Shown: piece by piece, positions 26,716-37,572 of the stretch
Numbering within the stretch: the stretch's first letter is position 1
Layout of the letters: each line of letters begins with the position of its first letter
Origin: a virus
Virus record (IMG/VR): IMGVR_UViG_3300027659_000020
Span: 25,557-89,556 of that record
Strand: one strand, 5' to 3'
Length of the DNA stretch: 64,000 bases
Made by a program: the position numbers and the translations under genes
The notes under the pieces: generated by a model
What the model was told of the DNA's origin: nothing
The model's database searches: none
Seen by the model: only the letters and a program-made list of their open reading frames with translations

Positions 26716-27624
26716 ATGGCTGATATAAACACTCAATGGCTTAAAAACCTTAAAGAGCAGATCGAAGCAATTCCAGATTGCAAATCTCTAAATAAGCTGA
26801 TTGCCTGGCTAAAAGAGATGTTTATGGAACTCATCGAGGATATTCTTGAGCAGATTGCCAAGCTCGTGGGCATGGTTCTTCCACCCACAAGCCTGGCAAA
26901 GATCATCAAGTACCTCAAGAATTTGGCTACACAGTACCTTGGGCCGTATCTGGCTGCTATTCGTCAAATGGTTATAATGATTAAAGCATTTGCAGAGGTG
27001 CTTAAAGCTATTCAGGATAAACTTGCTAATCTGCGTTGCTCAATTTCTGCGTCTTCCATTATCAATCAGCTAAAGATTGATATGCAAAGTAAAGCATATC
27101 AGAAGCTATATTCCGGAAACTCGTCGTTATCGCAGCTGCTAGACATTGCAACTAAGCTTAAAAATGGAGTGCCTCCTCTCTCAGTGATTGCATCTGGATT
27201 GGGCGTGAATATAGATGGTCTGCCAGCCTTAGCAAATCAATACGGCGGTACACTTCCGTTTATGTCAAAGATGCTTGACAAATATCAGCCAGCAGTTGTT
27301 CCGGATGTACCCGCTATACCCACATTTGTATCACCCACGGATATTATATTGGAAAATCCTGCACCGACTATTGATGAAGATGGTATTGCCCCCAGTTTTG
27401 GGAGATATCAGACGCCAATCATTATCACTGGCTCTGGATTTCTCGAAGGTGTTACAGTTACGATGGGCGATGTCGAGTGTGGCAATATTGAGATCATTAA
27501 CGGCCGTATTCAATGTACTGTACCGGGACTGGTCACAGGCTTTCCATACGCAATCACTGTTACTAATACCGATGGCCAAAGCGCTACGCTAGATCAGGCC
27601 TTCGCATACACCGGCCGTAGCTAA
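26716..27624 (+). CDS. helical protein with C-terminal IPT/TIG Ig-like domain
   Basis: IIITGSGFLEGVTVTMG...ITVTNTDGQSATLDQAFAY is an IPT/TIG signature. Confidence 0.7.
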   Translation: MADINTQWLKNLKEQIEAIPDCKSLNKLIAWLKEMFMELIEDILEQIAKLVGMVLPPTSLAKIIKYLKNLATQYLGPYLAAIRQMVIMIKAFAEVLKAIQDKLANLRCSISASSIINQLKIDMQSKAYQKLYSGNSSLSQLLDIATKLKNGVPPLSVIASGLGVNIDGLPALANQYGGTLPFMSKMLDKYQPAVVPDVPAIPTFVSPTDIILENPAPTIDEDGIAPSFGRYQTPIIITGSGFLEGVTVTMGDVECGNIEIINGRIQCTVPGLVTGFPYAITVTNTDGQSATLDQAFAYTGRS

Positions 27625-27629
27625 AACAA

Positions 27630-27637
27630 TATAAATA
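27630..27637 (+). promoter_or_regulatory. T4 late promoter
   Basis: TATAAATA before gp25. Confidence 0.75.
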
Positions 27638-27652
27638 GTCATTACCTAACAG

Positions 27653-28093
27653 ATGAGCACCGGCCTTCTTTCAGATAAAAATGTCTATGAAAAACAGGCC
27701 TTAATAGTTTCTAGACGACAGCAGTACTCTGATCTGGATCTTAGCCTGGTGCGTACTAGCAAGAAAGACATTGTACCGCTGACAGATCTAGATGCAGTTA
27801 AGACATCTGTGCGAAATATACTGCTGACAAATCATGGAGATAGGCCGTTTCAGCCTTATCTGGGCGCTAACCTGCGCGCACTGCTTTTTGAGCCAGCAGA
27901 TCAGTTCACGATCTTTGCAATCCATGAGGACATTAGATTTGCCATTACTAAATTTGAGCCCAGAATAGATCAGGTCAGAATCAGAGTTGACTTCAATGAT
28001 AGCAGCAGTCAATACAACGTCTCACTGGCATTCCGAGTAATTGCTCAAAATCAGAGTGCAGATATGATTGTCAGACTAGAGCGGATCAGGTAA
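27653..28093 (+). CDS. gp25: baseplate wedge gp25
   Basis: YSDLDLS, AVKTSVRNILLTNHGDRPFQP, FEPRI. Confidence 0.92.
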   Translation: MSTGLLSDKNVYEKQALIVSRRQQYSDLDLSLVRTSKKDIVPLTDLDAVKTSVRNILLTNHGDRPFQPYLGANLRALLFEPADQFTIFAIHEDIRFAITKFEPRIDQVRIRVDFNDSSSQYNVSLAFRVIAQNQSADMIVRLERIR

Positions 28094-28112
28094 TTTTAGA
28101 AATACTCACCCA

Positions 28113-29969
28113 ATGGCACAATTCAATGTTACTGAACTCGACTTTGATAAGATCAAAGCATCGATCAAAGCTCACTTTCGTTCTCAAACTAAGTATAGCG
28201 ATTGGGACTTTGACGGCGCGGGCCTATCGACTGTGGTAGATATTCTAGCATACAATACGCACTACAATGCAATGGTGGCGCATTTCTCGCTAAATGAGAC
28301 ATTCTTGGATTCAGCGCAGATTCGCGGTAATGTAGTGTCTCATGCTAAGCTGATAGGATATACGCCCAAGTCTGTCAATGCACCTACTGCAGTACTTGAT
28401 ATTACCGTTACTGCACCTGCTATCAGCCCACCGAGCACACTTAACATTCCTCGCGGAACTCGATTTAATACACAAATCGATAATATACTATATCCATTTG
28501 TGACTATTTCCTCGGCTGAAGCTAGTCTGAGCGGCGGCACACATTATCTGTTCGATGCTGAGCACCTAAATCAGCTTCATATCAAGCAAGGTGTATTAAA
28601 GAGAATGATCTATCGCGTAGATACATCAATTGAAAATCAGAAATTTATTATTCCTGAGGAAAATGTGGACATATCTACTCTACGAGTGCGCGTGAAGCCA
28701 ACTGAGACCTCTACTGATTATATCACATATAGCAAATTCTACACACTGACTGCAGTTACATCTACATCAGCCATTTACTTTACTCAAGAAAATTCTTCAG
28801 GCAAATTTGAGGTATACTTCGGTGATAACTACATAGGAAAGAAGCCTACGTCGAATAGCATTGTTGAATTAGAGTATGTCTATGGTAATGGCGAGTTTGC
28901 AAACGGCGCAAGTGTATTCACTGCTGTAGATCGAGTTAACTCGCTTGAGCTTAATGCTACTACTGCCACCATCGCTAGCGGTGGATCAGCACGTGAGTCT
29001 ATTGAATCTATTCGCTATAATGCACCACTTACTTTTGCATCGCAGAATCGCGCAGTAACTGCTGATGACTATAAGGCGATCATTTCAAAAGAATTCAGTG
29101 GAATTGATTCGATCTCTGTCTGGGGCGGCGAGAATGCGGTTGAACCTGACTTTGGAAAAGTGTTTATCTCTATTAAAAAATCTAACACCAACCTTTTACT
29201 AACTGCTGAAGATAAACAAGTGATTCTGAATACTATTCTAGCAGGAAAGAATGTAGTATCAATTCGCCCGTATATCGTCGATCCAGAATACACCTATCTT
29301 GAGCTTGATGTATTCTTTAAGTATAATCCAAATTTGACAGATGAACTCAAATTTGAGTTACAGAGGAAAGTGCGAGCAACTATTCAGACCTATGCTGATG
29401 ATAATCTAAAGAGGTTCGACGGCGTGTTTCGTTACTCAAATCTGCTCAAGAATATTGATCAGACTGATCGATCTATATTGAACTCAGATTTGCGCGTTTA
29501 TATGCACAAGTATGCAATTCCGCGCGCTAGTGGAATAAATTACTTTGATCTTTTGTTCTCCTCACCGATCTATCAGACATCCTCAAGCAGCCCAGTATTG
29601 AGCTCTAGTATCTTTCAGATTGCGGCGGTTGACCATGAAATTGGAGATATTCCCATTGTCGGATCAGTCAACCGCACAGTATTCTTATATAAGTATATCG
29701 GCGGCGTCAAAACTGCAGTTCGCGCGGTGGGCACAATTTATACTGCTGATGGCCGAGTAGTTATCAATGGAGTTCAGCCAGATACTACTGCTCGTATTCG
29801 TATTACTGTAACTCCGAATTCGCATGATCTCGCACCGAAGAGAAATCAGCTTCTAGATATTGATTTTAACTTTGTCTCAATTACTGGAGAGGTTGATAGT
29901 ATCGCTGTTGGCGGATCTTCTGGCGGAATTACATATACCACTCCTTCGCGTCACCGCGCAGGATCATAA
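28113..29969 (+). CDS. gp6: baseplate wedge gp6
   Basis: ELDFDKIK, LAYNTHYNA, ETFLDSA, QNRAVTADDY, WGGE. Confidence 0.95.
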   Translation: MAQFNVTELDFDKIKASIKAHFRSQTKYSDWDFDGAGLSTVVDILAYNTHYNAMVAHFSLNETFLDSAQIRGNVVSHAKLIGYTPKSVNAPTAVLDITVTAPAISPPSTLNIPRGTRFNTQIDNILYPFVTISSAEASLSGGTHYLFDAEHLNQLHIKQGVLKRMIYRVDTSIENQKFIIPEENVDISTLRVRVKPTETSTDYITYSKFYTLTAVTSTSAIYFTQENSSGKFEVYFGDNYIGKKPTSNSIVELEYVYGNGEFANGASVFTAVDRVNSLELNATTATIASGGSARESIESIRYNAPLTFASQNRAVTADDYKAIISKEFSGIDSISVWGGENAVEPDFGKVFISIKKSNTNLLLTAEDKQVILNTILAGKNVVSIRPYIVDPEYTYLELDVFFKYNPNLTDELKFELQRKVRATIQTYADDNLKRFDGVFRYSNLLKNIDQTDRSILNSDLRVYMHKYAIPRASGINYFDLLFSSPIYQTSSSSPVLSSSIFQIAAVDHEIGDIPIVGSVNRTVFLYKYIGGVKTAVRAVGTIYTADGRVVINGVQPDTTARIRITVTPNSHDLAPKRNQLLDIDFNFVSITGEVDSIAVGGSSGGITYTTPSRHRAGS

Positions 29970-29984
29970 TTTTCTTATCATCAT

Positions 29985-31802
29985 ATGCCGAACTCAATAG
30001 AGTTACTCGCTAGCACGCGCAAGAAAACTAGAGAAGTAGCTCGTGTTGAGCAATTACTACCCGAGGGGCTGAGAGATAAATCTGCCAATTTAATTGAGCT
30101 GCTACAAGATTACTACACTTTTATCAATAAAAGCGGTGAGGCAAGTTATGCGCTCAATTCTATTAGCCCTGCTCGAGACATAGATCAAGCAGATTCAATC
30201 TTCTTGGATAAGCTTCAGCAAGAAATCGCGGTATCGATTCCTCGGACAACTATTGCAAACCGAGTGAATCTTTATAAGAATATTGTTCGGTACTACACCA
30301 CTCGCGGATCGCCAGAATCAATTGAGCTATTTTTCCGAATTATATTCAATGATTCCGCAGAGGTATATTATCCACGCAATGATATGCTCATTGCTAGCGA
30401 TGGAGTATGGGATGCAACCGCTAACCGCTCAATATATGCTACTGCTCCTGAAGTAATTATTGAAGGCGCCGGAAAAGGTGCTAGAGCTCGAGCAATAATG
30501 ACGCGCGGCGCGCTGTATCGAATTGCAATCGTCAATGGCGGATCTGGATACATATCTGCGCCCACGCTGACAGTTACTGGAGACTCTTCGGTAACTGCTA
30601 CAGCTACTGCGACAATTAGCAATGGCCAAATAAACCGTATAGAGGTGACAACAGGCGGATCTCATTATGCATATCCTGCTACAGTGGCAATTGTCGGTAA
30701 TGGTACGGGCGCGACAGCCGAAGTACATTTAAGGCAGGATGGCGGAATTGCATATATTGAAATTACTAATCAAGGATCTGGATATACATCTGCAACTGCA
30801 AGTATCACTTGTGCATCTCATGTTAGTGGTGCAGGCGTGGTTGATGCGGTATTATCAGTTATACCTGATACTATTGGAGTAATTACTAGAGTAAATATTA
30901 CTAATTTTGGAGCGGATTACGATACAGCCGCTATTACCGTTACTGGTGGCGGTGGGAGCGGAGCAAATCTAAATGCATATATTGGCGATAGTATCACGAG
31001 TATTGCACCTGTTAATTTTGGGTCTGGATACAACAATGTTGTGCCTGGATATTATGCTGGCGCCAAAGTAACTATTCCGATGTATGACGCTCCCAGTAAT
31101 TGGGAGCCAGCACGCGTAATTCCAAACATTACTGATGGCGAGATTCGATCATACAATCTAGTATATCCTGGAGCAAATTATACATCTGAAACTACTTTTC
31201 CAGGCACTTTAATCGGTGATCAATCTGGCGTTTATATTGATAATAAAGGATTTCTCTCAGATACTAGTAAACTGCAGGATTCATTGTTCTATCAGAAGTT
31301 CTCGTATGTTATTCGTACTGGAAACAATGTAGATCTATGGCAGGATAGCTTTAACAAGCTAGTACATCCTGCAGGATTCAAATTCTTTGGGCAGATTCTC
31401 ATATTCCTTGAGTTTCTGAAAGATAAGGCTAAGATGCCAGACTTTTCTCCTGGGTTTGTAGATAGCACGCAATTGGCTCAGGTTTACATATTTCAGGATA
31501 TAATCAATAGCCTTGCACCGTCTATTCCACTATATCTAGATAGTGGGATCGAAAACCCACGCGTTAAGATAACTTCACAGATTTCGAGTGCTATCGATAC
31601 AAGCGAGCTTATGCACTTTCATAACGGATGGCCGATGAATCTTTGGTCTCATCTGACGATACAGCAGGCAGATGACAATGGCGGTTCAAATCCGCGGTAT
31701 CCTCATGGAAATTATACCATTAACTATATGATAAATAACACTATCGTATACTCGGATAATAATTCTACTACAACTCTGGGAGTCGAACTCATTTCTTCCT
31801 AA
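29985..31802 (+). CDS. gp7: baseplate wedge gp7-like
   Basis: YYTTRGSPESIELFFRIIF, LQDSLFYQKFSYVI, LVHPAGFKFFG; internal GSGY repeats. Confidence 0.75.
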   Translation: MPNSIELLASTRKKTREVARVEQLLPEGLRDKSANLIELLQDYYTFINKSGEASYALNSISPARDIDQADSIFLDKLQQEIAVSIPRTTIANRVNLYKNIVRYYTTRGSPESIELFFRIIFNDSAEVYYPRNDMLIASDGVWDATANRSIYATAPEVIIEGAGKGARARAIMTRGALYRIAIVNGGSGYISAPTLTVTGDSSVTATATATISNGQINRIEVTTGGSHYAYPATVAIVGNGTGATAEVHLRQDGGIAYIEITNQGSGYTSATASITCASHVSGAGVVDAVLSVIPDTIGVITRVNITNFGADYDTAAITVTGGGGSGANLNAYIGDSITSIAPVNFGSGYNNVVPGYYAGAKVTIPMYDAPSNWEPARVIPNITDGEIRSYNLVYPGANYTSETTFPGTLIGDQSGVYIDNKGFLSDTSKLQDSLFYQKFSYVIRTGNNVDLWQDSFNKLVHPAGFKFFGQILIFLEFLKDKAKMPDFSPGFVDSTQLAQVYIFQDIINSLAPSIPLYLDSGIENPRVKITSQISSAIDTSELMHFHNGWPMNLWSHLTIQQADDNGGSNPRYPHGNYTINYMINNTIVYSDNNSTTTLGVELISS

Positions 31803-31817
31803 CACACATACAGATAT

Positions 31818-33263
31818 ATGGCAGCTACAATCACAACCAAGTTTCGCCTGGAGAATGCTAACACATTCATCAAATCCATAGCCAATGACAGCGTGTATAT
31901 TATGCTGGGCAAGTCAGATGCGTGGTCAGCCAATAAAGATACTAGCCAAGATAGCCCTGCTCCTACTCCACTGGATGTTCAGCTTGAGGAGAATGATATG
32001 TGGCAGAACGCAATTGCGCTGAAGAAGCTTGGAGCATCTGATGCAATCAATGTAGTTCCTCGCTATAACTGGGTTAGCGGTACTAGGTATGTTGGCTGGG
32101 ATGATTTTGATGCAGCAATTTTTACTAAAAGGTTTTATGTGCTGAATGAGAACTACGATCTTTTTAAGTGTCTAAAAGCGCCACTCGACCCTCTTATTAC
32201 TTCTACTAATGCACCGGCCATTACGGCATCTCCGCACGCATTTAGTACCCCGGACGGATATATCTGGAAGTATATGGGTAAGATTTCCACACCGAATGTC
32301 ACGAAGTTCATGACAGTCAATTATATGCCGGTTAAGACAATCACTCTTCTGCCCGGCGTTGACGCCAGCTCGTTGAGTGCTGATGAAGCAACACAATATG
32401 CTTATCAGACAAGTTGTGCTACTGATACTTCTGGAAAGATTTACCGTTATGTAGTAACTAACGGAGGAAGTGGATATAGTACGCAGAATCCACCTACTGT
32501 TACTATATCTGGAAATGGCAGTGGCGCTGCAGCAACAGCAGTTGTTGTTAATGGTATAATTACTGCCATAAATGTGACGGGAGAAAGTGCTATGATGGAT
32601 GCCACCGGCAACGGCCCACAAACATATAGAAACAATTGTGGAATTGGATATACTAGTGCATATGTTACGATTGCAAGCCCCGTGGCCGGTGTTACGGCGA
32701 CCGCTCGTGCAATTCTTTCACCTAAGAATGGGCATGGAACTGATCAGACGCGGGAGCTTGGCGGATTCTATGTAGAAACAAATGTGACATTGACAGGAGC
32801 AGAAGGAGCAGGCGCCGACTTTATCACCGGTGCTAATTTCCGTCAGATTGCGCTTGTTAAGAATCCACTTAACTTTAATACAGCTGTTATCTCAAACACA
32901 GCCACACTATCCGCACTAAAAACAATGAGATTGACCGCCGCCCCCAGCGGTGGTACACTTGCATCTGGCGATTATATCACTGGCAGTTCAAGCACTGCGT
33001 GTGCATTTGTGGATTCATATGCCCTAGAAGATACAACTCATATTATCCGTTACCATCAGAATGATAAGACTGGATATGGCACATTTTCTAGCGGCGAGGC
33101 AATTACCTCATTCGGCGATCAAAGCGCTACAATTGCTTCTGGTGGCTTAGGTAATCCTGAAGTTAAGCCGTGTTCTGGTGATATTATGTTTATTGAAAAC
33201 CGCGCGCCGATTACTCGAGCAATATCGCAGATTGAAGATATTCGTTTGGTCATTGAATTCTAA
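31818..33263 (+). CDS. gp8: baseplate wedge gp8
   Basis: VVPRYNWVSG, FYVLN, DGYIWKYM, FRQIALVKNP, IENRAPITR..QIEDIRLVIEF. Confidence 0.9.
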   Translation: MAATITTKFRLENANTFIKSIANDSVYIMLGKSDAWSANKDTSQDSPAPTPLDVQLEENDMWQNAIALKKLGASDAINVVPRYNWVSGTRYVGWDDFDAAIFTKRFYVLNENYDLFKCLKAPLDPLITSTNAPAITASPHAFSTPDGYIWKYMGKISTPNVTKFMTVNYMPVKTITLLPGVDASSLSADEATQYAYQTSCATDTSGKIYRYVVTNGGSGYSTQNPPTVTISGNGSGAAATAVVVNGIITAINVTGESAMMDATGNGPQTYRNNCGIGYTSAYVTIASPVAGVTATARAILSPKNGHGTDQTRELGGFYVETNVTLTGAEGAGADFITGANFRQIALVKNPLNFNTAVISNTATLSALKTMRLTAAPSGGTLASGDYITGSSSTACAFVDSYALEDTTHIIRYHQNDKTGYGTFSSGEAITSFGDQSATIASGGLGNPEVKPCSGDIMFIENRAPITRAISQIEDIRLVIEF

Positions 33264-33271
33264 GAAAACCC

Positions 33272-36200
33272 ATGTCAATTACAACTTACAACGTTCCTCC
33301 TTACTACGACGACTTCGATCCAGAGAAGAATTATCTTCGTGTGCTATTTCGTCCTGGGTATGCAGTACAGGCACGCGAGCTGACGCAGCTTCAGACTGCA
33401 ATTCAATCTCAGATTGAACGTTTCGGTAACCATGTATTTCAGAATGGTTCTCAAGTTATGGGCGGTCAGGCCTCGCTGGATACGTCCTATGCTTATATTA
33501 AGCTAGAGACATCATTTAATTATACAGCTGCAGATTTAGTTGGGCCGACTACCAATTATCCACAGGGAAATACTGGTACAGGTGCTACCGAATATCTGAC
33601 TGCTTCAGTAGGCGAAACTCTTAAGCTTATTACCGATACAGGTATTGGAAGTCCAACTGGTATTACTGCCACAATTCTAGAGTTTCTGCCCAGCACAACA
33701 TCAGATTATCTGACAGCTTATGTTAAGTATACTGCCGCCAATGAAACCGCCCATGTCTTTTCTGCCGGGGCAATCTTAAATACTGTTGAAACCCCAGTGT
33801 ATATCCCCGCCAACGGCACCACCCCGGCTGTGTACGCTCATAGATTCAAGGTTGTTGCAGCTAGCGCAACAGGATATGGAACTCGTGTAGCAGTAAACGA
33901 TGGTGTGTACTACATCAATGGCAATTTTGTCTATACACCTGCTTCTTCCATTATTGTCTCGAAGTATAGTTCATATCCTTCAGCACGTGTGGTCTATAAG
34001 ATCTCAGAGAATATCGTCACATCTGCAGAAGATCCATCATTGGTCGACAATGCTCTAGGCACTCCAAATGATTCTGCTCCTGGTGCACATCGCTATCAGA
34101 TTGCATTAGATCTAGCAGTTGAATCTCTAGATCTGCCTAAACGCGTTGAAGATGATATTATCAATGTTCTATCGATTCGCAACGGAGCAATCATTGGTAA
34201 AGCGCGCACAGAATATTCTGAGCTAGCAAATACTCTAGCTACTCGTACTTATGAGGAGTCTGGAAATTACACAGTTCGCGCATTTCAGCTCAATGTCCGT
34301 GAGTACTACAATGATGGCACAAATGGCGGGCTGTATACTGCATTACAGATTGTTTCAAAAGATGGAGTGGCAGCAGCGCAAGCTATTACTTATGGTGGTA
34401 ATCGCTTAGCAGTAGGTCTTGAGCCCGCTGTTGCATATGTCAATGGATACCGAATAGAAACACTAGACACTACATATGTTCCAGTACTGAAGGCGCGGGA
34501 TATTGCAATTTCTAATTCTGCAGTGCTGTCATGCGAGCTTGGAGGATATGTCTATATTGACACGCTTGTGGGTATACCAAATATCACCACTTATTCTGTA
34601 ATTACACTAAAGAAAGCTGACGCTGTCTCAATCGGTACTGCGCGCGCTCGTGGTCTTCAATATGTTTCGGGGACAAGATACAAGCTTTATCTATTCGATA
34701 TTAACATTCCTGCAACATCTTATAATTATACATTTGCGGACGTTCGTACTCTCGTTGATAGCAATTTGCCTGTTCCCTTCAGCGCCGCCATTAGCGATAT
34801 TAGTACTGGTATTAGTGATGCAGTGCTATACAACACATCCACGAGTTCTTTGTTGTATAAGTTGCCTTCAACCGCAACTAAAACACTTCGCGATCTAAAT
34901 AATTCAGTTGATCTAGTTTACAATGTTCGACGTAAGTTTGATAGCATTACTGCCAGTAGCGGCATTGTTCAGCTTGACACCGGATCGTCGAATAAGGTCT
35001 TCACCTCAAATAATGCTGCAGATTTTATCTGTGTGAATAACACCAGCAACGGTGCAGTAGCAACACCGATGACTATTACTTCTGCCGGCTTACAAACAAT
35101 TTCCCTAACATTCGCGGGTAGTGCATCTAATTCGTTTACGATTATTGCTCCGGTGACACACAGCAATATCAGTGAGAAATCCAAGACACTAACGGTAAAT
35201 TCACAAATCACGCTTTCTACTCCAAATACTACTTTAGGTAATTATGATGTTCTGGGCAAAACTGATGTGCTGCGTATAAAGGGCATCTATATGTCTGCTA
35301 ATCGTAATACTGTTCCAGATATTGCTAATGATCCAGATATATCTGGTCGTTACGAACTAGATAATGGACAACGCGAGAATTTCTATGATCTTGCTCGTAT
35401 TCGTCTTAAACCAGGAAGTTCTGCACCAACTGGCCAAATAACAGTTGTGTTTGATTATTTCGCACACGGAGCTGGTGATTACTTCTCGGTTAACTCTTAT
35501 GATTCAACACTGTATAGTCTAATTCCTTCCTTCGATTCTATCAAGGGTAAGATTGAGCTACGGGATGCTCTTGACTTTCGCCCCACAAAGGATACTACAG
35601 GAACTGCATTTACTGGTACCGGCGGCAATACCTCACATACAATTGTTCCAGGATCATTGATTATCACTGATATTCAGTATTACCTTCCGCGCACCGATAA
35701 GATCTATGTCAATAAGACTGGCACATTCGGCGTGCAATACGGTATCTCAGATGCTAAACCGGCTGCTCCATCTAATCCTACAGATTCTATGGTGCTATAC
35801 GCGCTCTCGCTGGGTGCATATACCTTCGGTAAATCTGATCTAACTGCTACTGCAGTCGATAACCGCCGCTACACTATGCGCGACATCGGTCGTCTTGAAC
35901 AGCGCATTGCAAATGTAGAATACTACACCTCGCTATCGCTGCTTGAAAAAGAAACTGCCTCAAAGCAGATCATGGATGGCACGAACCAACGGTACAAGAA
36001 TGGATTTGTAGTAGATTCTTTTGTGGGTCATGGCATTGGCGCTATCAGCCATCCAGATTACCATTGTTCTGTGGATATTGATAAAGGTATTCTGCGTCCA
36101 GAATTCTATCAGGACAATACTGCGCTGGTTGTTAATCTAACCGATAGCGGTACAAGTAGAGTGAGGAAGACTGGGCCGCTTATTACTCTCGACTATACTG

Positions 36201-37489
36201 AGGTACCCGCAATTACTCAGCCCTATGCATCTGGCTCAGAAATCGTGAATCCTCATGCTATCTGGGGATGGCGTGGAGAAATCAGATTATCTCCTCCAGG
36301 TGATGACTGGAAGGAAACACAGATTGCACCTGCTCTTGCTGCAAATGCCGATCCTCAACTTAGCTGGTTCTCTGATATTAGTGAAAATTCCAGCAATAAA
36401 GTCATTTATAATGCATGGACTGGCAATTGGTATGGATCCCCGCCAGTATCTGGTACAACTGCAGGTGGAACAGAACTACAAGTAAATTCTATATCCTCGC
36501 TAACTGCCCAGCAATCTGGCAGCAGCACATTGAGCGGAACAGCATATCTCAATAGCGGAACATACAACTTTACTACTACACAAACATATAGTGACTTAAT
36601 TGTAAGCACATCGCTGGTGTCGTATATTCGCTCGCGCAAGGTATACTTCAGTGTATCTGGATTAAAGCCCAATTCTCGTCTATATGCTTTCTTTGATGGA
36701 ATTCAGATTGCAGATTACATCAACTCTACAGATACATTTGTAGACTACACAACTGCGGCAGATAATACCAATTATCTAGATTATACTGTGCACCCATCTC
36801 CATCTGGCGCTAGCACATTGACAACAGATGCTAGCGGAAATATCGCTGGATCGTTCATTATTCCAAATAATTCTACTCTCAAATTCCTAACAGGTAGCCG
36901 AGTGTTTCGTCTGATAGATAATGTAACCAATAATATCAATGCTGCGTACACTTATGCAGATATTACTTATACTGCCTCTGGAATTCTTGAGACACATCAG
37001 ACTAGCGTGGCAAATAATACAGTGGTTTCTACTGTTCCAGCTATAGTGCGGCCAGTTGCTCAGATAGTTCAGCCGCAATATTCTAGACCAGCTGAACCAT
37101 CTGTGCTTATGTATACCCCAGGAGCTGAATTGAATTATTCGGGCTTTCTGGCCCAGCGGGCTCGGGGTCCGGCAACGGGATATCTTGGAAGTCCGATCGA
37201 CCTGAAAATAGGTCTAAATGACGGAATGCAATACTCTTACAATGAAGCCGATAAGATTACTTCCGTCATCGTGCGAGGACGTTCTGGAGCAACATCATCG
37301 AGCGAGGGAAATTGGGTGCCGGTAGCAACTAACCTACAACCGCCGGAGCGTGGCGAGGCGGTCTACACAGTGTCCTACACCGGGCCTGTAGGCTTGCAAG
37401 GGCAGTATGAATGGGAAGTAATTGCTACAACTGCGAGCGGTAAAACAGTAACTTCTAACCTCATACAGAATTTGGTTAATCCACCGTAA
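33272..37489 (+). CDS. large virion structural protein (VrlC/DUF4815-like), N-terminal part
   Basis: PYYDDFD..KNYLRVLFRPG.AVQARELTQLQ, APGAHRY, RTYEESGNY, NRRYTMRDIGRLE. Confidence 0.88.
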   Translation: MSITTYNVPPYYDDFDPEKNYLRVLFRPGYAVQARELTQLQTAIQSQIERFGNHVFQNGSQVMGGQASLDTSYAYIKLETSFNYTAADLVGPTTNYPQGNTGTGATEYLTASVGETLKLITDTGIGSPTGITATILEFLPSTTSDYLTAYVKYTAANETAHVFSAGAILNTVETPVYIPANGTTPAVYAHRFKVVAASATGYGTRVAVNDGVYYINGNFVYTPASSIIVSKYSSYPSARVVYKISENIVTSAEDPSLVDNALGTPNDSAPGAHRYQIALDLAVESLDLPKRVEDDIINVLSIRNGAIIGKARTEYSELANTLATRTYEESGNYTVRAFQLNVREYYNDGTNGGLYTALQIVSKDGVAAAQAITYGGNRLAVGLEPAVAYVNGYRIETLDTTYVPVLKARDIAISNSAVLSCELGGYVYIDTLVGIPNITTYSVITLKKADAVSIGTARARGLQYVSGTRYKLYLFDINIPATSYNYTFADVRTLVDSNLPVPFSAAISDISTGISDAVLYNTSTSSLLYKLPSTATKTLRDLNNSVDLVYNVRRKFDSITASSGIVQLDTGSSNKVFTSNNAADFICVNNTSNGAVATPMTITSAGLQTISLTFAGSASNSFTIIAPVTHSNISEKSKTLTVNSQITLSTPNTTLGNYDVLGKTDVLRIKGIYMSANRNTVPDIANDPDISGRYELDNGQRENFYDLARIRLKPGSSAPTGQITVVFDYFAHGAGDYFSVNSYDSTLYSLIPSFDSIKGKIELRDALDFRPTKDTTGTAFTGTGGNTSHTIVPGSLIITDIQYYLPRTDKIYVNKTGTFGVQYGISDAKPAAPSNPTDSMVLYALSLGAYTFGKSDLTATAVDNRRYTMRDIGRLEQRIANVEYYTSLSLLEKETASKQIMDGTNQRYKNGFVVDSFVGHGIGAISHPDYHCSVDIDKGILRPEFYQDNTALVVNLTDSGTSRVRKTGPLITLDYTEVPAITQPYASGSEIVNPHAIWGWRGEIRLSPPGDDWKETQIAPALAANADPQLSWFSDISENSSNKVIYNAWTGNWYGSPPVSGTTAGGTELQVNSISSLTAQQSGSSTLSGTAYLNSGTYNFTTTQTYSDLIVSTSLVSYIRSRKVYFSVSGLKPNSRLYAFFDGIQIADYINSTDTFVDYTTAADNTNYLDYTVHPSPSGASTLTTDASGNIAGSFIIPNNSTLKFLTGSRVFRLIDNVTNNINAAYTYADITYTASGILETHQTSVANNTVVSTVPAIVRPVAQIVQPQYSRPAEPSVLMYTPGAELNYSGFLAQRARGPATGYLGSPIDLKIGLNDGMQYSYNEADKITSVIVRGRSGATSSSEGNWVPVATNLQPPERGEAVYTVSYTGPVGLQGQYEWEVIATTASGKTVTSNLIQNLVNPP

Positions 37490-37532
37490 TCCACCGACAG
37501 GGACATTCGGTTAATCCACCGACGGGCACATT
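37474..37532 (+). repeat. three copies of TAATCCACCG at the end of the 33272 gene
   Basis: GGTTAATCCACCG-TAATCCACCGACAGGGACATTC-GGTTAATCCACCGACGGGCACATTC. Confidence 0.9.
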
Positions 37533-37572
37533 CAACACCTTACCTTAACATTACCATTACTCTGTCAAAAAT

